Source: an uncultured Acidobacteriota bacterium (GTDB lineage: Bacteria; Acidobacteriota; UBA6911). Taken from it: a stretch of 64,000 nt of DNA. Shown here in pieces: positions 1-9,573 of this stretch. The stretch spans positions 64,001 to 128,000 of the forward strand of contig CAWHCF010000038.1 of assembly GCA_963827655.1 (NCBI GenBank), written 5' to 3'. The stretch's first letter is position 1, and the number at the start of each line of letters is the position of its first letter. Made by a program: the position numbers and the translations under genes. Under the pieces are notes generated by a model, which ran no database searches, had not been told where the DNA came from, and saw only the letters and a program-made list of their open reading frames with translations.

Positions 1-477
1 ATCGACGTGACCTCGCTGCTCGATAAAGCGCCGGCAGGCAAGAGTCCCCGCATTACGGTTGCCCACATCCAGGCATGGGAGAAAACGCATGGCTCCATCA
101 AGGCCGGCGATGTCGTCCTGTTTCGCAGCGGTTATACCGACAAATATTACAAGCCCTATCCCGAAGGGCGCCGGCTGACCTTCGATCCCGTGGTCGCAAA
201 GTCGGCGCCAGCCTGGCCGGCGCCGGAGCCCGCCGTGATGGACTACCTTCATGGCAAGGGAGTGTTCCACCTGGGAACGGATGGTCCAAGTATGGGGCCC
301 GCCGAGGCCGGGCAGGAGACCCATGTCGCCGGGCTGAAACATGGGATGAGCTGGGAGGAGATGCTCATCAACCTGGGCCAACTTCCGGCGCGCGGCGCTT
401 TTTACATCGCATTGCCGATCAAGGTGGCCGGCCAGAGCGGCAGCCCGACGCGAGCTATCGCACTGGTCTCCCGCTGA
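1..477 (+). CDS. Cyclase family (kynurenine formamidase-like) metal-dependent hydrolase, 5' end outside window
   Basis: Frame open from base 1; GDVVLFRSG, GTDGPS, EMLINL..LP and LPIK..G.SGSP.RA.A are typical cyclase-family motifs. Confidence 0.85.
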   Translation: MDVTSLLDKAPAGKSPRITVAHIQAWEKTHGSIKAGDVVLFRSGYTDKYYKPYPEGRRLTFDPVVAKSAPAWPAPEPAVMDYLHGKGVFHLGTDGPSMGPAEAGQETHVAGLKHGMSWEEMLINLGQLPARGAFYIALPIKVAGQSGSPTRAIALVSR

Positions 478-480
478 GTT

Positions 481-518
481 CAACCGCCAAGACACCAGGA
501 CACGAAGAAACGCTAAGA
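481..518 (+). repeat. Intergenic octamer-array repeat copy
   Basis: CAACC-GCCAAGAC-ACCAGGAC-ACGAAGAAAC-GCTAAGA, 4 nt after stop codon. Confidence 0.85.
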
Positions 519-547
519 TCCACTGCCTCACGCGAACGGAGAAAAAG

Positions 548-1748
548 ATGCTCAGACGGTTTGCTGTAAAAGGCGCCCTGTTGTTTGTCCTGCTCCTGAC
601 TCTTTCACCCTCCCACGGATGGGCGCAAGGATCTGAGTATATTTTCCCCCACATGGTTGATGGCGAGTCCGGGACCATCTTCTACTCCACATCCTTTCTG
701 CTGAACAACGCTTCCAACCTGGTCACCTCGGTGACGATTCGTTTCTTCCGCTCGGACGGAACTCCATGGATGGTGGATCTTCGGAGTTTCGACAGAAACG
801 AATTGGCAGGAAGGGTGTCATCGCGGATGTTTAACCTGCAGCCGCGCGAAACAGTCGAGTTGTTTACGGGCGGGGCTGATCCTCTTGCCGCAGGATGGGC
901 CAAGATCGATTCCGGCATGGCGATTGAGGCATCCGAGGTCTTTGGAGTATTCAACAAAAGCCCGGTATTTCTTCGTTCCGAAGCGGGCGTGCTCCCGGCG
1001 CCCGCCGCGACGCTGCACACCCTTTATACCAGCGTCTCGACCGACGAGCCGACCATGGGTACCAACGTCGACACGGGAGTCGCCATTGCCAACCTGAGTG
1101 GAGCCCAGGCGATGGTCACGGCAACACTGTTTGATCGCGCAGGCGTGCAGCTCACTCAAGGAACGCTGAGACTCGAACCCAACCGTCACACCGCCATGTT
1201 TGTCTCGCAGATCTTCAACAACTTCACTTTCTCCGGCCGGTTCCATGGGATGGTGCGATTTTCAAGCAACACCAATATCGCGGTCGTAGGCTTGCGTCAG
1301 GCCTTTGGGGCCAGTGACACCATCTCCACATTAGCCATCAACCCGGATTCGACCCTCGGACGTATTACGGTTTACGACCGGGAGCCCAACGATTCGCGCC
1401 CTCAAGCACAGTCGCTCGGTTCGTTGCCGGCCGAAATCATCGGCACGATGAACACTCCAGCCGACGGAGGCGATACAGATCTGTTTTCTGTGAACCTTCA
1501 GGTCGGCGACGTGCTCTATGTGTTTGCCGTGGCAGACCTGATCGGTTCGCCCCTCGACGATGCCATCACAATCAGGGATAGCCTCGGTGCCCAGGTCGCA
1601 ACAAACGATAGTTTCTCGAACGGCTTGAGAGATCCTTTCATTCGATACCCGGTATCGGTAAACGGCGTCTATTACATCGAGCACACCGGCGCCGCCGGCA
1701 CCAGCATCGCGCAACGCTCACTACCGCCTTCATGTCCTGGTGAGATAG
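548..1748 (+). CDS. Secreted protein: acidobacterial-type beta-rich N-terminal region plus C-terminal PPC (pre-peptidase C) domain; frameshift near 1705
   Basis: Signal peptide; EPND..QAQ and D.DLF PPC motifs; alternative frame reads SRNAHYRLHVLVR-TAG (1746-1748), a typical PPC end, so the ORF-track end at 1804 is probably artefactual. Confidence 0.65.
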
Positions 1749-1789
1749 GCTTTGCGTCCAAGGCGCAGGCGTTGGTAATTACGGTATCG

Positions 1790-1912
1790 TATTGGAGCAG
1801 CTGAGGCCTGGAGGGCCGATAGAGCCTGCGTGAGAAGCTGTGAAAATTGGCATTGGTCAGTAAGAACGGTTGCAAGCTCGTCGTGGCCCCGCAGAGGACT
1901 ACTGAACTTTCC
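1790..1912. repeat. Degenerate copy of the composite REP-like/MITE cluster also at 22110-22380
   Basis: Shared collinear blocks GCAGYTGAGGCCTGRARGGCCGAYAGAG, AGAAGCTGTGAAAA, GTTGCAA..CTCG, GGCCCC..ACTACTGAACT. Confidence 0.7.
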
Positions 1913-2325
1913 GGGCACAGGCGACAGCGGCCACGCAGAGTCTACGACAGGTCAAAAGTCAGATGCCACCGTGGTCGCTGGAAGGTTTTATGCACACGTT
2001 CTGCAGGGCCGGGCGAGACTTGCAAGACTCACCGACGCCCGAGGCTCACGGTCAATCGGACCGTGCGCTGAACTGTTCCGCACCTTCTGCGGCGGCTTGC
2101 AGATATCGGTCCGAAGCCGAGAACTCGTACTTCCACTGTGCCGCACCCGGCGCTCGGGTCTAAAGCGAACTCTGCCCGGCCTTACTTCGGGCCTTTATCA
2201 GCGGTTTCAGGTCAGCCGTGATCTATGAACCCAGGCGCCTGGACCGCAGGCAATGTGGCAGGATTGAGTTCACCCATTGGAGTAGACTATACTTGTCGGC
2301 CAACGGATCCGTCTCCCCTTTCGCC

Positions 2326-3111
2326 ATGCAAATGAAGGAAAGCCCCTGGAAGACCATTCGCATAGTCGCCGGCGGGCTTTCGCTCTGCGTCGCGCTGGTC
2401 TGGATCGCCCTTCTCTGGCCCGAGGTGTTTACGCTTCCTGGAGTTTCGGCCCATCTTCCGCCGCAGTTTGCCATGCCTCCCATGTACCCGCTCCTGGAAC
2501 TGCTCAAGCTCGCAGTTGCGGCTGTTCTGGGCCTGGTGGTCACAGCGGTGCACAAGCGCTATCACCGCGATAAGCCGCTCAGCCGCTCGCTGGAGCAGGC
2601 TCAGGTCTTGCTGGGTGTCGCGGGGGCGATGATCGTGATTATCATCGGCGATTCCCTCGCCCGCGCATTCGGAGTCCTGGGAGCGGCCAGCATCATCCGG
2701 TTTCGGACCCCCGTCGAAGATCCGAAAGACACCATTATCCTCTTCCTGCTGCTGGCTCTCGGCATGGCTTGCGGTCTTGGGGCTTTCGGCACAGCGGCGC
2801 TTGCAGCTCTCTTCATCTGTGTCGTCATGCTGGTGCTCGACCACATCGGCGAGCAGAAACCACGCCCCATGATGCTGGAACTGGTGGCCGCCGGCCGTGA
2901 GTTTCCCACGCAGCACGTGCAGAACGTTTTCGCCGCGTACGGCATGGCTTTCGAGCCGCGCGAAGTTTCGCAGGGTGATCAGGCAAGTATCAAATACCAC
3001 GTCATGTTAGCCCCCAACACCTCACTGGAATATCTCAGCGACCAATTGATAAGCGGCGGCTACTCAGGAATCAAGTCCGTGACCTGGGAATCCCCCAAGA
3101 AGAGCGGCTAG
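2326..3111 (+). CDS. DUF4956 (MgtC/SapB-like) membrane protein
   Basis: IIGDSLARAFGVLGAASIIRFRTPVEDPKD..LF..LALGMACG signature; start at 2326 or 2332 more plausible than 2218. Confidence 0.85.
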   Translation: MQMKESPWKTIRIVAGGLSLCVALVWIALLWPEVFTLPGVSAHLPPQFAMPPMYPLLELLKLAVAAVLGLVVTAVHKRYHRDKPLSRSLEQAQVLLGVAGAMIVIIIGDSLARAFGVLGAASIIRFRTPVEDPKDTIILFLLLALGMACGLGAFGTAALAALFICVVMLVLDHIGEQKPRPMMLELVAAGREFPTQHVQNVFAAYGMAFEPREVSQGDQASIKYHVMLAPNTSLEYLSDQLISGGYSGIKSVTWESPKKSG

Positions 3112-3113
3112 CA

Positions 3114-4061
3114 ATGTCCTCCGGTATCGGCGCGGGCCGAGATGGATCCCACCATCTGCGGGGTGAACAGATCATTCTCTGGCCGGGCGAGCGGCGCGAG
3201 GCTGTGTTGCGCGTGATCCGGTCGGCGCAGAACAGGCTTATTCTTTCGCTCTTCCGGTGCGATGATTCCAAGGTTCTCCAAGAGCTCGCCGAAGCTCGCC
3301 GCCGCAAGGTGCGGGTTCAAGCGCTGCTCACCCGGCGCGCGAAGGGCGGCAAGAAACGCCTCCGGGAACTCTGGGCCTGCCTCGAGGGGATCGGCGCCGA
3401 GGTTACCTGCTACGCGGACTCCGTGGTCAAATACCATGCCAAGTACATAGTGGCCGACGATGGCCCGGCCCTGGTCGCATCCCTGAATCTGACTCGCAAG
3501 TGTTTGGAAGAAACCTGCGACTTCGTCCAGATCACTTATGATCCGGAGGTCGTGTCGGGGCTCCAAAGACTCTTCGAGGCGGACTCCCAAGCACCCACAG
3601 GGGCCTTTCCTGAAGATCTAACCGACCGGTTGATTGTGGGACCGGAGCAGGCTCGGACCCGGCTCGCCAAGCTGTTTCAGGAAGCCCGGGTCAGCATCCG
3701 GATCATTGATCCCAAGCTGCGCGATCCCGAGTTCCTGGCGCTGTTGAAGGCCCGAAACGAAGCCGGCGTCCGCGTGGACGTGCTGGACGCGCCCGTGCTC
3801 GCTGACCTGCGCTCGCATGGAAAGATGATTCTCGTCGATGAGACCACCGCGGTGATCGGCAGCATTTCGCTTTCAGCCCTCAGCCTTGGATTCCGACGCG
3901 AACTGGCGCTCAAGGTGTGCGAGCCGCACTGCGTGAGCCGGCTGAACCATTTTTTTCGAACCATGTCGGCCGCGCGCGCTGATGCGGCGGGGGTGCTCCC
4001 GCGTGAACTGACGGCAGATGACGAAGACGACGAGGATGTATTCCCTGAGAGGGCACTTTGA
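3114..4061 (+). CDS. Phospholipase D superfamily protein with two HKD motifs
   Basis: HAKYIVAD...ASLN and HGKMILVD...GSIS; no signal peptide or TM segment evident; acidic C-terminal tail. Confidence 0.85.
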   Translation: MSSGIGAGRDGSHHLRGEQIILWPGERREAVLRVIRSAQNRLILSLFRCDDSKVLQELAEARRRKVRVQALLTRRAKGGKKRLRELWACLEGIGAEVTCYADSVVKYHAKYIVADDGPALVASLNLTRKCLEETCDFVQITYDPEVVSGLQRLFEADSQAPTGAFPEDLTDRLIVGPEQARTRLAKLFQEARVSIRIIDPKLRDPEFLALLKARNEAGVRVDVLDAPVLADLRSHGKMILVDETTAVIGSISLSALSLGFRRELALKVCEPHCVSRLNHFFRTMSAARADAAGVLPRELTADDEDDEDVFPERAL

Positions 4062-5398
4062 CCGACAACAGGCGCTCAGTCCTGGAGGCGCGCACCTATC
4101 GGAAACGGAGGGGGAACGGTTCTGGAGGTCTTGCAACACGCTCATGGCTGACAGTGGTCATGTTTTTCATCCCGGTTCTGTTGCCGGCAAGCGAACCATC
4201 ATCCGCTCAGAAGGATCCCGGCGAAACCAAAAAAAACGTGAGATTCGTGTGGAACAATCGTCCATCCTTGCGATTTGGAGACTGGCTTCGGGTAGATTTC
4301 CGAGTGAAACTCCAGGGAGATTTTCGAGGCTTCTCGCCCGAGTTGGAAACCGACGAAGGGACCTTTGAGCTTCAGCGGAAGCGCGTTGGGATCGAAGGAA
4401 CTTTTCTCAGACATTTTGAATATGAAGTTGAACGTGAGTTGCGTGAGTCCAATCCGTGGCGCGACGTATTCGTAAACGTTCGCTACTTTCGTAATTTTCA
4501 GGTCAGAGTCGGAAAGTTCAAGATTCCGTTCGGGCTGGACCAGTTGACCAGTCCCGTAAGGCTCGATTTTGTCTTCCGCTCGCGCATTGGCGACACCCTG
4601 GCGCCCGCGCGGGACATCGGCGTCGCCGCACACGGACGCTTTTTCAGAAGAGGCCTGAATTACGAAGCGGGATTCTTCCAGCACGACGGCGAAAATGCCC
4701 GCTCTGGCGAGAGTCTCGGCGCCGGGCGCACTTTCGCGGGTCGCGTGACCGGAACGCCTCTGCGCCTCCTGGAAATCCCCGACGCGATCGGAAACCTCGA
4801 GCTTGGAGTCGCGTTTACCACCGGCTCCGTGCCTGAAGGGCTCAACAGCGTACGAGGGCAAACGGATTCAGGGGAGACCTTTTTCCCTTCCATTTACGTC
4901 AACGGGAACCGATTGCGCCTGGGACTCGACATGAACTGGAGCCCCGGCCCCTTCTCGATCAAGGGCGAATTCATGCACCTCCAGGATGAACGGCGCAGCC
5001 AGGGATTGCTTGGCCAGGATCTGCCGGATCTCATTTCGCGCGGCTGGTATTTGAGCGGCACCTGGGCTGTAACCGGCGAGAGGAAGATCGAGGGTATTGA
5101 GCCGCGCAAAAACTTCCTGCGTGGTGGCATCGGCGCCGTCGAGCTGGCGGGGCGTTATGAGCAGCTTCGTTTCGGCAGCAGCGAGCACCCCGGGCCGCCA
5201 CTCCGAAACCCCAGGGCCCCGAACATTCTAGGCAACAGCGATCGGGTATGGACCGTTGGCGTCAACTGGTATCTGAATCGATGGGCGAAGATTCAAGCCA
5301 ATGCCATGCGTGAAAAGATTGAAGACACGCTGCGGAGCCCGATTCCCGGCCGCGAGAGCTTCTGGATGTGGATCCTCCGGTTACAATTTGTGCTCTGA
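4058..5398 (+). CDS. Phosphate-selective porin, OprO/OprP family
   Basis: RVGKFKIPFGL, LAPARDIGV, GWYLSGTWAVTGE, ELAGRY, GVNWYLN, terminal LRLQFVL; TTG overlaps the upstream TGA, true start may be downstream. Confidence 0.85.
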   Translation: MTDNRRSVLEARTYRKRRGNGSGGLATRSWLTVVMFFIPVLLPASEPSSAQKDPGETKKNVRFVWNNRPSLRFGDWLRVDFRVKLQGDFRGFSPELETDEGTFELQRKRVGIEGTFLRHFEYEVERELRESNPWRDVFVNVRYFRNFQVRVGKFKIPFGLDQLTSPVRLDFVFRSRIGDTLAPARDIGVAAHGRFFRRGLNYEAGFFQHDGENARSGESLGAGRTFAGRVTGTPLRLLEIPDAIGNLELGVAFTTGSVPEGLNSVRGQTDSGETFFPSIYVNGNRLRLGLDMNWSPGPFSIKGEFMHLQDERRSQGLLGQDLPDLISRGWYLSGTWAVTGERKIEGIEPRKNFLRGGIGAVELAGRYEQLRFGSSEHPGPPLRNPRAPNILGNSDRVWTVGVNWYLNRWAKIQANAMREKIEDTLRSPIPGRESFWMWILRLQFVL

Positions 5399-5413
5399 CC
5401 GGGCAAAAGAGAC

Positions 5414-5436
5414 GACCGCCAAGACTCAAAGACGCC
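5414..5436 (+). repeat. Octamer-array repeat copy (short)
   Basis: GACC-GCCAAGAC-TCAAAGAC-GCC. Confidence 0.7.
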
Positions 5437-5585
5437 CGAACTCTCACAAATTCTTGCATTTCTGTTGTTGTGATTCTTCCGCCGTTATGCGATGATACCG
5501 GGCGACGCTGGAGGGGGTTCGTCCAATCCATCGGGGATTCAGCGAATAAACTCATCACCAAGAGTTAGTTTCTGACTTTCTGATC

Positions 5586-7127
5586 GTGCCAACAAGACGC
5601 GACTTTTTCAGAAGTGCGTGCGGAGTACTGGGTGCATCCGGCGCCGGGACGCTTCAATCTGCGCGCCCGGTCAGCGCGGCTACAAAGCTTGGCGCTCAGT
5701 TAAAACTCGTTCGATATCCCTACATTCAGAATCTCGGCGGGGAGCGCGCCACGATTCTGTGGGCCACTCGCGGACCGGGCGTTTCCACAGTCGAATATTT
5801 CACCCGCCACGCATTTCCGGAAAGGGTTACTGCCAGCAGCCGCGAATTCTTGCCCTCTGAGACGGGACTCTCCACGCCTTTCTACCAGCACAAAGCTGAG
5901 TTGAGTGGTCTTCTCACCGGCACCGAGTATTTCTACCGCGTGGCGTTGAATGGACAGGATCTGGCGCCGCGAGACAGGCTGCGCTTCCGCACGGCCGGGC
6001 CGGGCCCTTTCAGTTTCCTGGTCTTCGGTGACAGTGGCATGGGGACGGCGGCGCAGTTGCGGTTAGCGCAGTTGAATGGCCAGGACCGCCCGGCGCTGGT
6101 GCTCCACACCGGTGACATCGGTTACTGGCACGGTACGTACGCGGATTACCAGGAGCGTTACTTTGAGTATTACCGCAACATGATGAAACGGGTCCCGTTC
6201 TTTCCAACTCCGGGGAACCACGACTATGGAACTGCAAATGCCGATCCTTATATCTCGGTGCACGCGGTTCCGGGCGACGATGTGCCGGAGGACGGGCGGG
6301 GCCGCTACTATTCCTTCGATTGGGGGAACGTCCACTTTGTCTCCCTGGACACTAATCTCTCTCTCACGCGCGCCGTAGAAGGAAACGGCGCAATGCTCGA
6401 TTGGCTCGAACGGGACCTGGAGCGAAGCCGGCAATACTGGCGGGTGGTGTTTTTCCACCATCCCCCTTTCGCGTGCGGGCCTAATGAGAATGATCCGGTG
6501 TCAACCATGGTGCGGGCAAGGATCGTGCCCATTCTCGAGCGCTACGGCGTTGAATTGGTTTTCAACGGTCACGAACACAGTTACCAGCGTAGCCAGTGCC
6601 TGCGCAACGGCGTGTTGGCCGAAGCCGGTACGGGAACCGTCTATGTTACTAGCGGGGGCGGTGGGGCCTATCTTTATCCGGTTGCCGGCGCAAGGCGCTC
6701 GAGCGTCGCGTACGGCGAATCCGCTCATCACTTTGTGCGCGTCGAGGTTGAGGGCAGCCGACTGACATCGCGCGCCATCCGCGACGACGCAGCAGAAATC
6801 GATAGTTTCAGCATCGAGCCGCCGCCGCGAATTTTCGGGACGGTTGCGTTCCAGGACGACTCGTTCACGCCTCGACTTTCGCCCCGAGCGCTTTTCAGCA
6901 TCTGGGGCAGAAACCTGGCCGAGCAGGCAATGGACGCCGCTTCGCTGCCGCTTCCCACCCTTCTCTCGGGCACCGCTGTCACCCTGAATGGCCGGCGGCT
7001 CCCGCTGCTTTACGTCTCACCCACGGAAATTGACGCGCAGGTTGTCACCGATACGCGGGGACCGGCTGTCCTCGGTGTAAGGACGGCAAACGGAACTGCC
7101 GAGATATCTGTAGAGATCTCCGACTGA
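5586..7127 (+). CDS. Tat-exported purple acid phosphatase-type metallophosphoesterase with C-terminal TIGR03437-like segment
   Basis: TRRDFF twin-arginine signal; GDSG, GDIGY, GNHD, FFHH, GHEH metal motifs; C-terminal SIWGRNLA..LPTLLSGTAVTLNG..PLLYVSPTEIDAQV. Confidence 0.88.
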   Translation: MPTRRDFFRSACGVLGASGAGTLQSARPVSAATKLGAQLKLVRYPYIQNLGGERATILWATRGPGVSTVEYFTRHAFPERVTASSREFLPSETGLSTPFYQHKAELSGLLTGTEYFYRVALNGQDLAPRDRLRFRTAGPGPFSFLVFGDSGMGTAAQLRLAQLNGQDRPALVLHTGDIGYWHGTYADYQERYFEYYRNMMKRVPFFPTPGNHDYGTANADPYISVHAVPGDDVPEDGRGRYYSFDWGNVHFVSLDTNLSLTRAVEGNGAMLDWLERDLERSRQYWRVVFFHHPPFACGPNENDPVSTMVRARIVPILERYGVELVFNGHEHSYQRSQCLRNGVLAEAGTGTVYVTSGGGGAYLYPVAGARRSSVAYGESAHHFVRVEVEGSRLTSRAIRDDAAEIDSFSIEPPPRIFGTVAFQDDSFTPRLSPRALFSIWGRNLAEQAMDAASLPLPTLLSGTAVTLNGRRLPLLYVSPTEIDAQVVTDTRGPAVLGVRTANGTAEISVEISD

Positions 7128-7167
7128 CTCCCGTCATTACCACTCTGAGATCATCATCCATTTTCTT

Positions 7168-7206
7168 CTTTTGGCGTTTCTTCGAGTCTTTGAGTCTTGG
7201 TGGTTG
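7168..7206 (-). repeat. Octamer-array repeat copy
   Basis: Reverse strand reads CAACC-ACCAAGAC-TCAAAGAC-TCGAAGAAAC-GCCAAAAG. Confidence 0.85.
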
Positions 7207-7389
7207 GTTTCTGCCGCCGCACTCGCGTGTTGACAGAAGCGGACTGGTCGCACTAAACTCGGAACATTCGAGTTGGCTCTGACAGGATTGCCGGGTTATG
7301 GTTCGAAGGTCCCTGCAATCCGAAACCTCAATCTGTGATTGATCGGTTGACTTCTCTCCGACCTTGACGTCAGCGACGGGGAGGACGTG

Positions 7390-7743
7390 ATGAGGCACGC
7401 GCAACGCTGGGAAGCAGTGTTTAGCGCGGTGTTTTCCAACTCAAGAGTTCTCATTGCTCAATAAACGAGTTCATCTTGCGCCAGGCCCGTTCCTTCGCGG
7501 GAAAAATTGCGGCGGAGGCGGGATCGGATCCGATGGCTCATGCCAAGCGCGACTATCAGGCGCGCTGGGCCAGCCTCTTTCGAAGGAGGGGAAGGATCTC
7601 GTCATTCGGTTTTAGAGCGTCAGCACAGCCTCGAGGAAGCAGTCCCAATTAAGCAGGACGGGAGTGAGGCCAAGCTGGCGGCTCTGACCGACCTGGCGCA
7701 TCTGCTCTTAAACCAGAATCAGTTCTATTGTGGAGCGCGGTAG
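7390..7743 (+). pseudogene. Probable remnant of a DUF1553-type gene (start stub plus C-terminal helix)
   Basis: GGGAGG followed by ATG near 7390; 7610-7743 encodes LERQ...AALTDLAHLLLNQNQF, resembling the end of the DUF1553 gene at 28049 (FEDVLWALLNSKEFLYNH). Confidence 0.45.
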
Positions 7744-7794
7744 CTTGCTGCGTTAGGCGGGTGAAGTTTGCTTCGCCAGTTCCAATTCAGCTGT

Positions 7795-8430
7795 TCACCT
7801 CTCTGTGACGGCGGGCGAGGTGGGAGCCGAAGCGGGGCGAGCGTGGCCGAGCGGAAGCCGGAGCGCGAGCGCGGCGACGGTTACGATCGCGAGTGGAGCG
7901 TATGCGATGGACACTATCGAGCGTGGAAGGTAGCTGATAAAGAAAATGAGCCAGATGTAGTAGACGCCGGTTGTGTGGAGAATACGCCAGGCGCGAGGTC
8001 CAATCCATGCCGCCGTTCGATCGAAGGACGTGAGCGTCATCGCGGTCAAGAGAACATAGGCAAGCCCGCCGAAGACGAGTGCGAACGCGTCCACGTCGCG
8101 TCGGAATCCCTCGGGTGCTAGCCGGGCCAGCGTTATGATTGCGGCCAGGTGAAAATAGTGCGATACGGCGAAGGAGACGCCGAGATAGCGCCGGTTCCTG
8201 ATAAGCCAAGAACTGAGGGAATTCGGCCACCTGCTATGGAGCGGCGAAGCAACAAAGGCGCTCATAAAGAGAACGAAGGAAGTTCGTGCCGTCGCGCGCA
8301 GGACTAGCCGGACGGCATATTCGTTCCAGCCCAAGAGCGCGATAATCGCGGTCACCATCGCGGCAATAATAACCGCCGACCAGCCTACGAGCGGCCACCC
8401 ACCAGCGCAGCAGCGTTTCTCCAGTGTCAT
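7795..8430 (-). CDS. Ferric reductase-like/MsrQ-like heme b membrane protein
   Basis: RNRRYLGVSFA..H..H, LTSF...IG..AWRILH..G.Y; several TM segments; ATG at 8430. Confidence 0.75.
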   Translation of the reverse strand: MTLEKRCCAGGWPLVGWSAVIIAAMVTAIIALLGWNEYAVRLVLRATARTSFVLFMSAFVASPLHSRWPNSLSSWLIRNRRYLGVSFAVSHYFHLAAIITLARLAPEGFRRDVDAFALVFGGLAYVLLTAMTLTSFDRTAAWIGPRAWRILHTTGVYYIWLIFFISYLPRSIVSIAYAPLAIVTVAALALRLPLGHARPASAPTSPAVTER

Positions 8431-8501
8431 TGCTTGACTCCGCCGGGATTTTCTCACGGATTATCGGATCGATACAATCGTGGCGCAGAGCTGTCTAACG
8501 A

Positions 8502-8540
8502 ATACCACTAAGACTCAAAGACGCGAAGAAACACAAAGAA
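8502..8540 (+). repeat. Octamer-array repeat copy
   Basis: ATACC-ACTAAGAC-TCAAAGAC-GCGAAGAAAC-ACAAAGA. Confidence 0.85.
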
Positions 8541-8604
8541 TCTTCCCCAAAAACAAGAAATTACGACCTTGTAATACTCAGGCTCGCTGCCGCTCGACGA
8601 AGCT

Positions 8605-9573
8605 TTAGAGTGCGGGCGGGGGTTGCGGGGCCGTACCGCTCTGTGGTCCGGTGGGCCGCAGGTAACGGCGTTCCTTTCGGGTAAATCCCTTACCGTAGGT
8701 TCGAGCGTAGACCTTGGTGAACTCCGCTCCGAGGAGCACCACCTGCGCCGAATAGTAGACCCAGAATATCAGCAGCACGAAGGCGCCTGCGGCGCCGTAG
8801 GCGGAGGCGAAACTCTCGCGCCCCAGGTAGAGTCCAATCAGTAATCTTCCCACATTAAAGAGAATCGAGGTCACGACGGCTCCAACCCACACGTCTCTCC
8901 AGGCGATCCGCGCGTCAGGGAGAACCTTGTAGATCACGGCAAACAAAACCGAGCTGAGGAAAAAAGAGATCAGCATCTCGGAAGTGCGCAGCGCTACCAG
9001 CGTCCAATCCGCGGTCCAGCCGACCACGTAAGAATGCATTGCCGTCAAGACCGCGTTCGCGAGCAGCATGACCACGAACACGACTCCCGCGAGGAGGACC
9101 ATCATAAATGACAGGAGCCGCTTGATGAGGACCGACAATAAGATCCCCTGTATCTCGACGTCGACGTTCCACACCTTGTTGAGCGCATTCTGCAGTTCGC
9201 CGAAGAAGGCCGTCGCGCCTAGAAACATCATCACAAACCCCAGAACCGTGGCCGCAAATCCGGCATGGCTCTGGCGCGCGCTTTGTATCAAGGCGCCCAG
9301 GAATTCCGCGGTACCGGAGCCGGTTAGACGTTCAACCTCCGAAAGCAGCCCCCGCTCGACGAGCTCGGGACCGTAAATACTTCCGGCGATAGCGATGACA
9401 ATGATCGAAATCGGCGCCGCCGAAAAGATCGTGTAAAAGGCGAGGGCGGCGCCGTAGTGTGGAACATCGTCGGCGAACCAATCGACAAAGACGCGAGCGA
9501 TTACGGTCCGGGCGAGCCGCAGGCGCCCGGTGCCTTTCAGGCCTGCGCGCTTTTCTGCCTGTAGATCCTCCAT
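8605..9573 (-). CDS. YihY/virulence factor BrkB family membrane protein
   Basis: GAALAFYTIFSAAP, LQNALNKVW, IYKVLPD, SAYGAAG..V..FWVYYSAQVVLLGAEF. Confidence 0.92.
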   Translation of the reverse strand: MEDLQAEKRAGLKGTGRLRLARTVIARVFVDWFADDVPHYGAALAFYTIFSAAPISIIVIAIAGSIYGPELVERGLLSEVERLTGSGTAEFLGALIQSARQSHAGFAATVLGFVMMFLGATAFFGELQNALNKVWNVDVEIQGILLSVLIKRLLSFMMVLLAGVVFVVMLLANAVLTAMHSYVVGWTADWTLVALRTSEMLISFFLSSVLFAVIYKVLPDARIAWRDVWVGAVVTSILFNVGRLLIGLYLGRESFASAYGAAGAFVLLIFWVYYSAQVVLLGAEFTKVYARTYGKGFTRKERRYLRPTGPQSGTAPQPPPAL

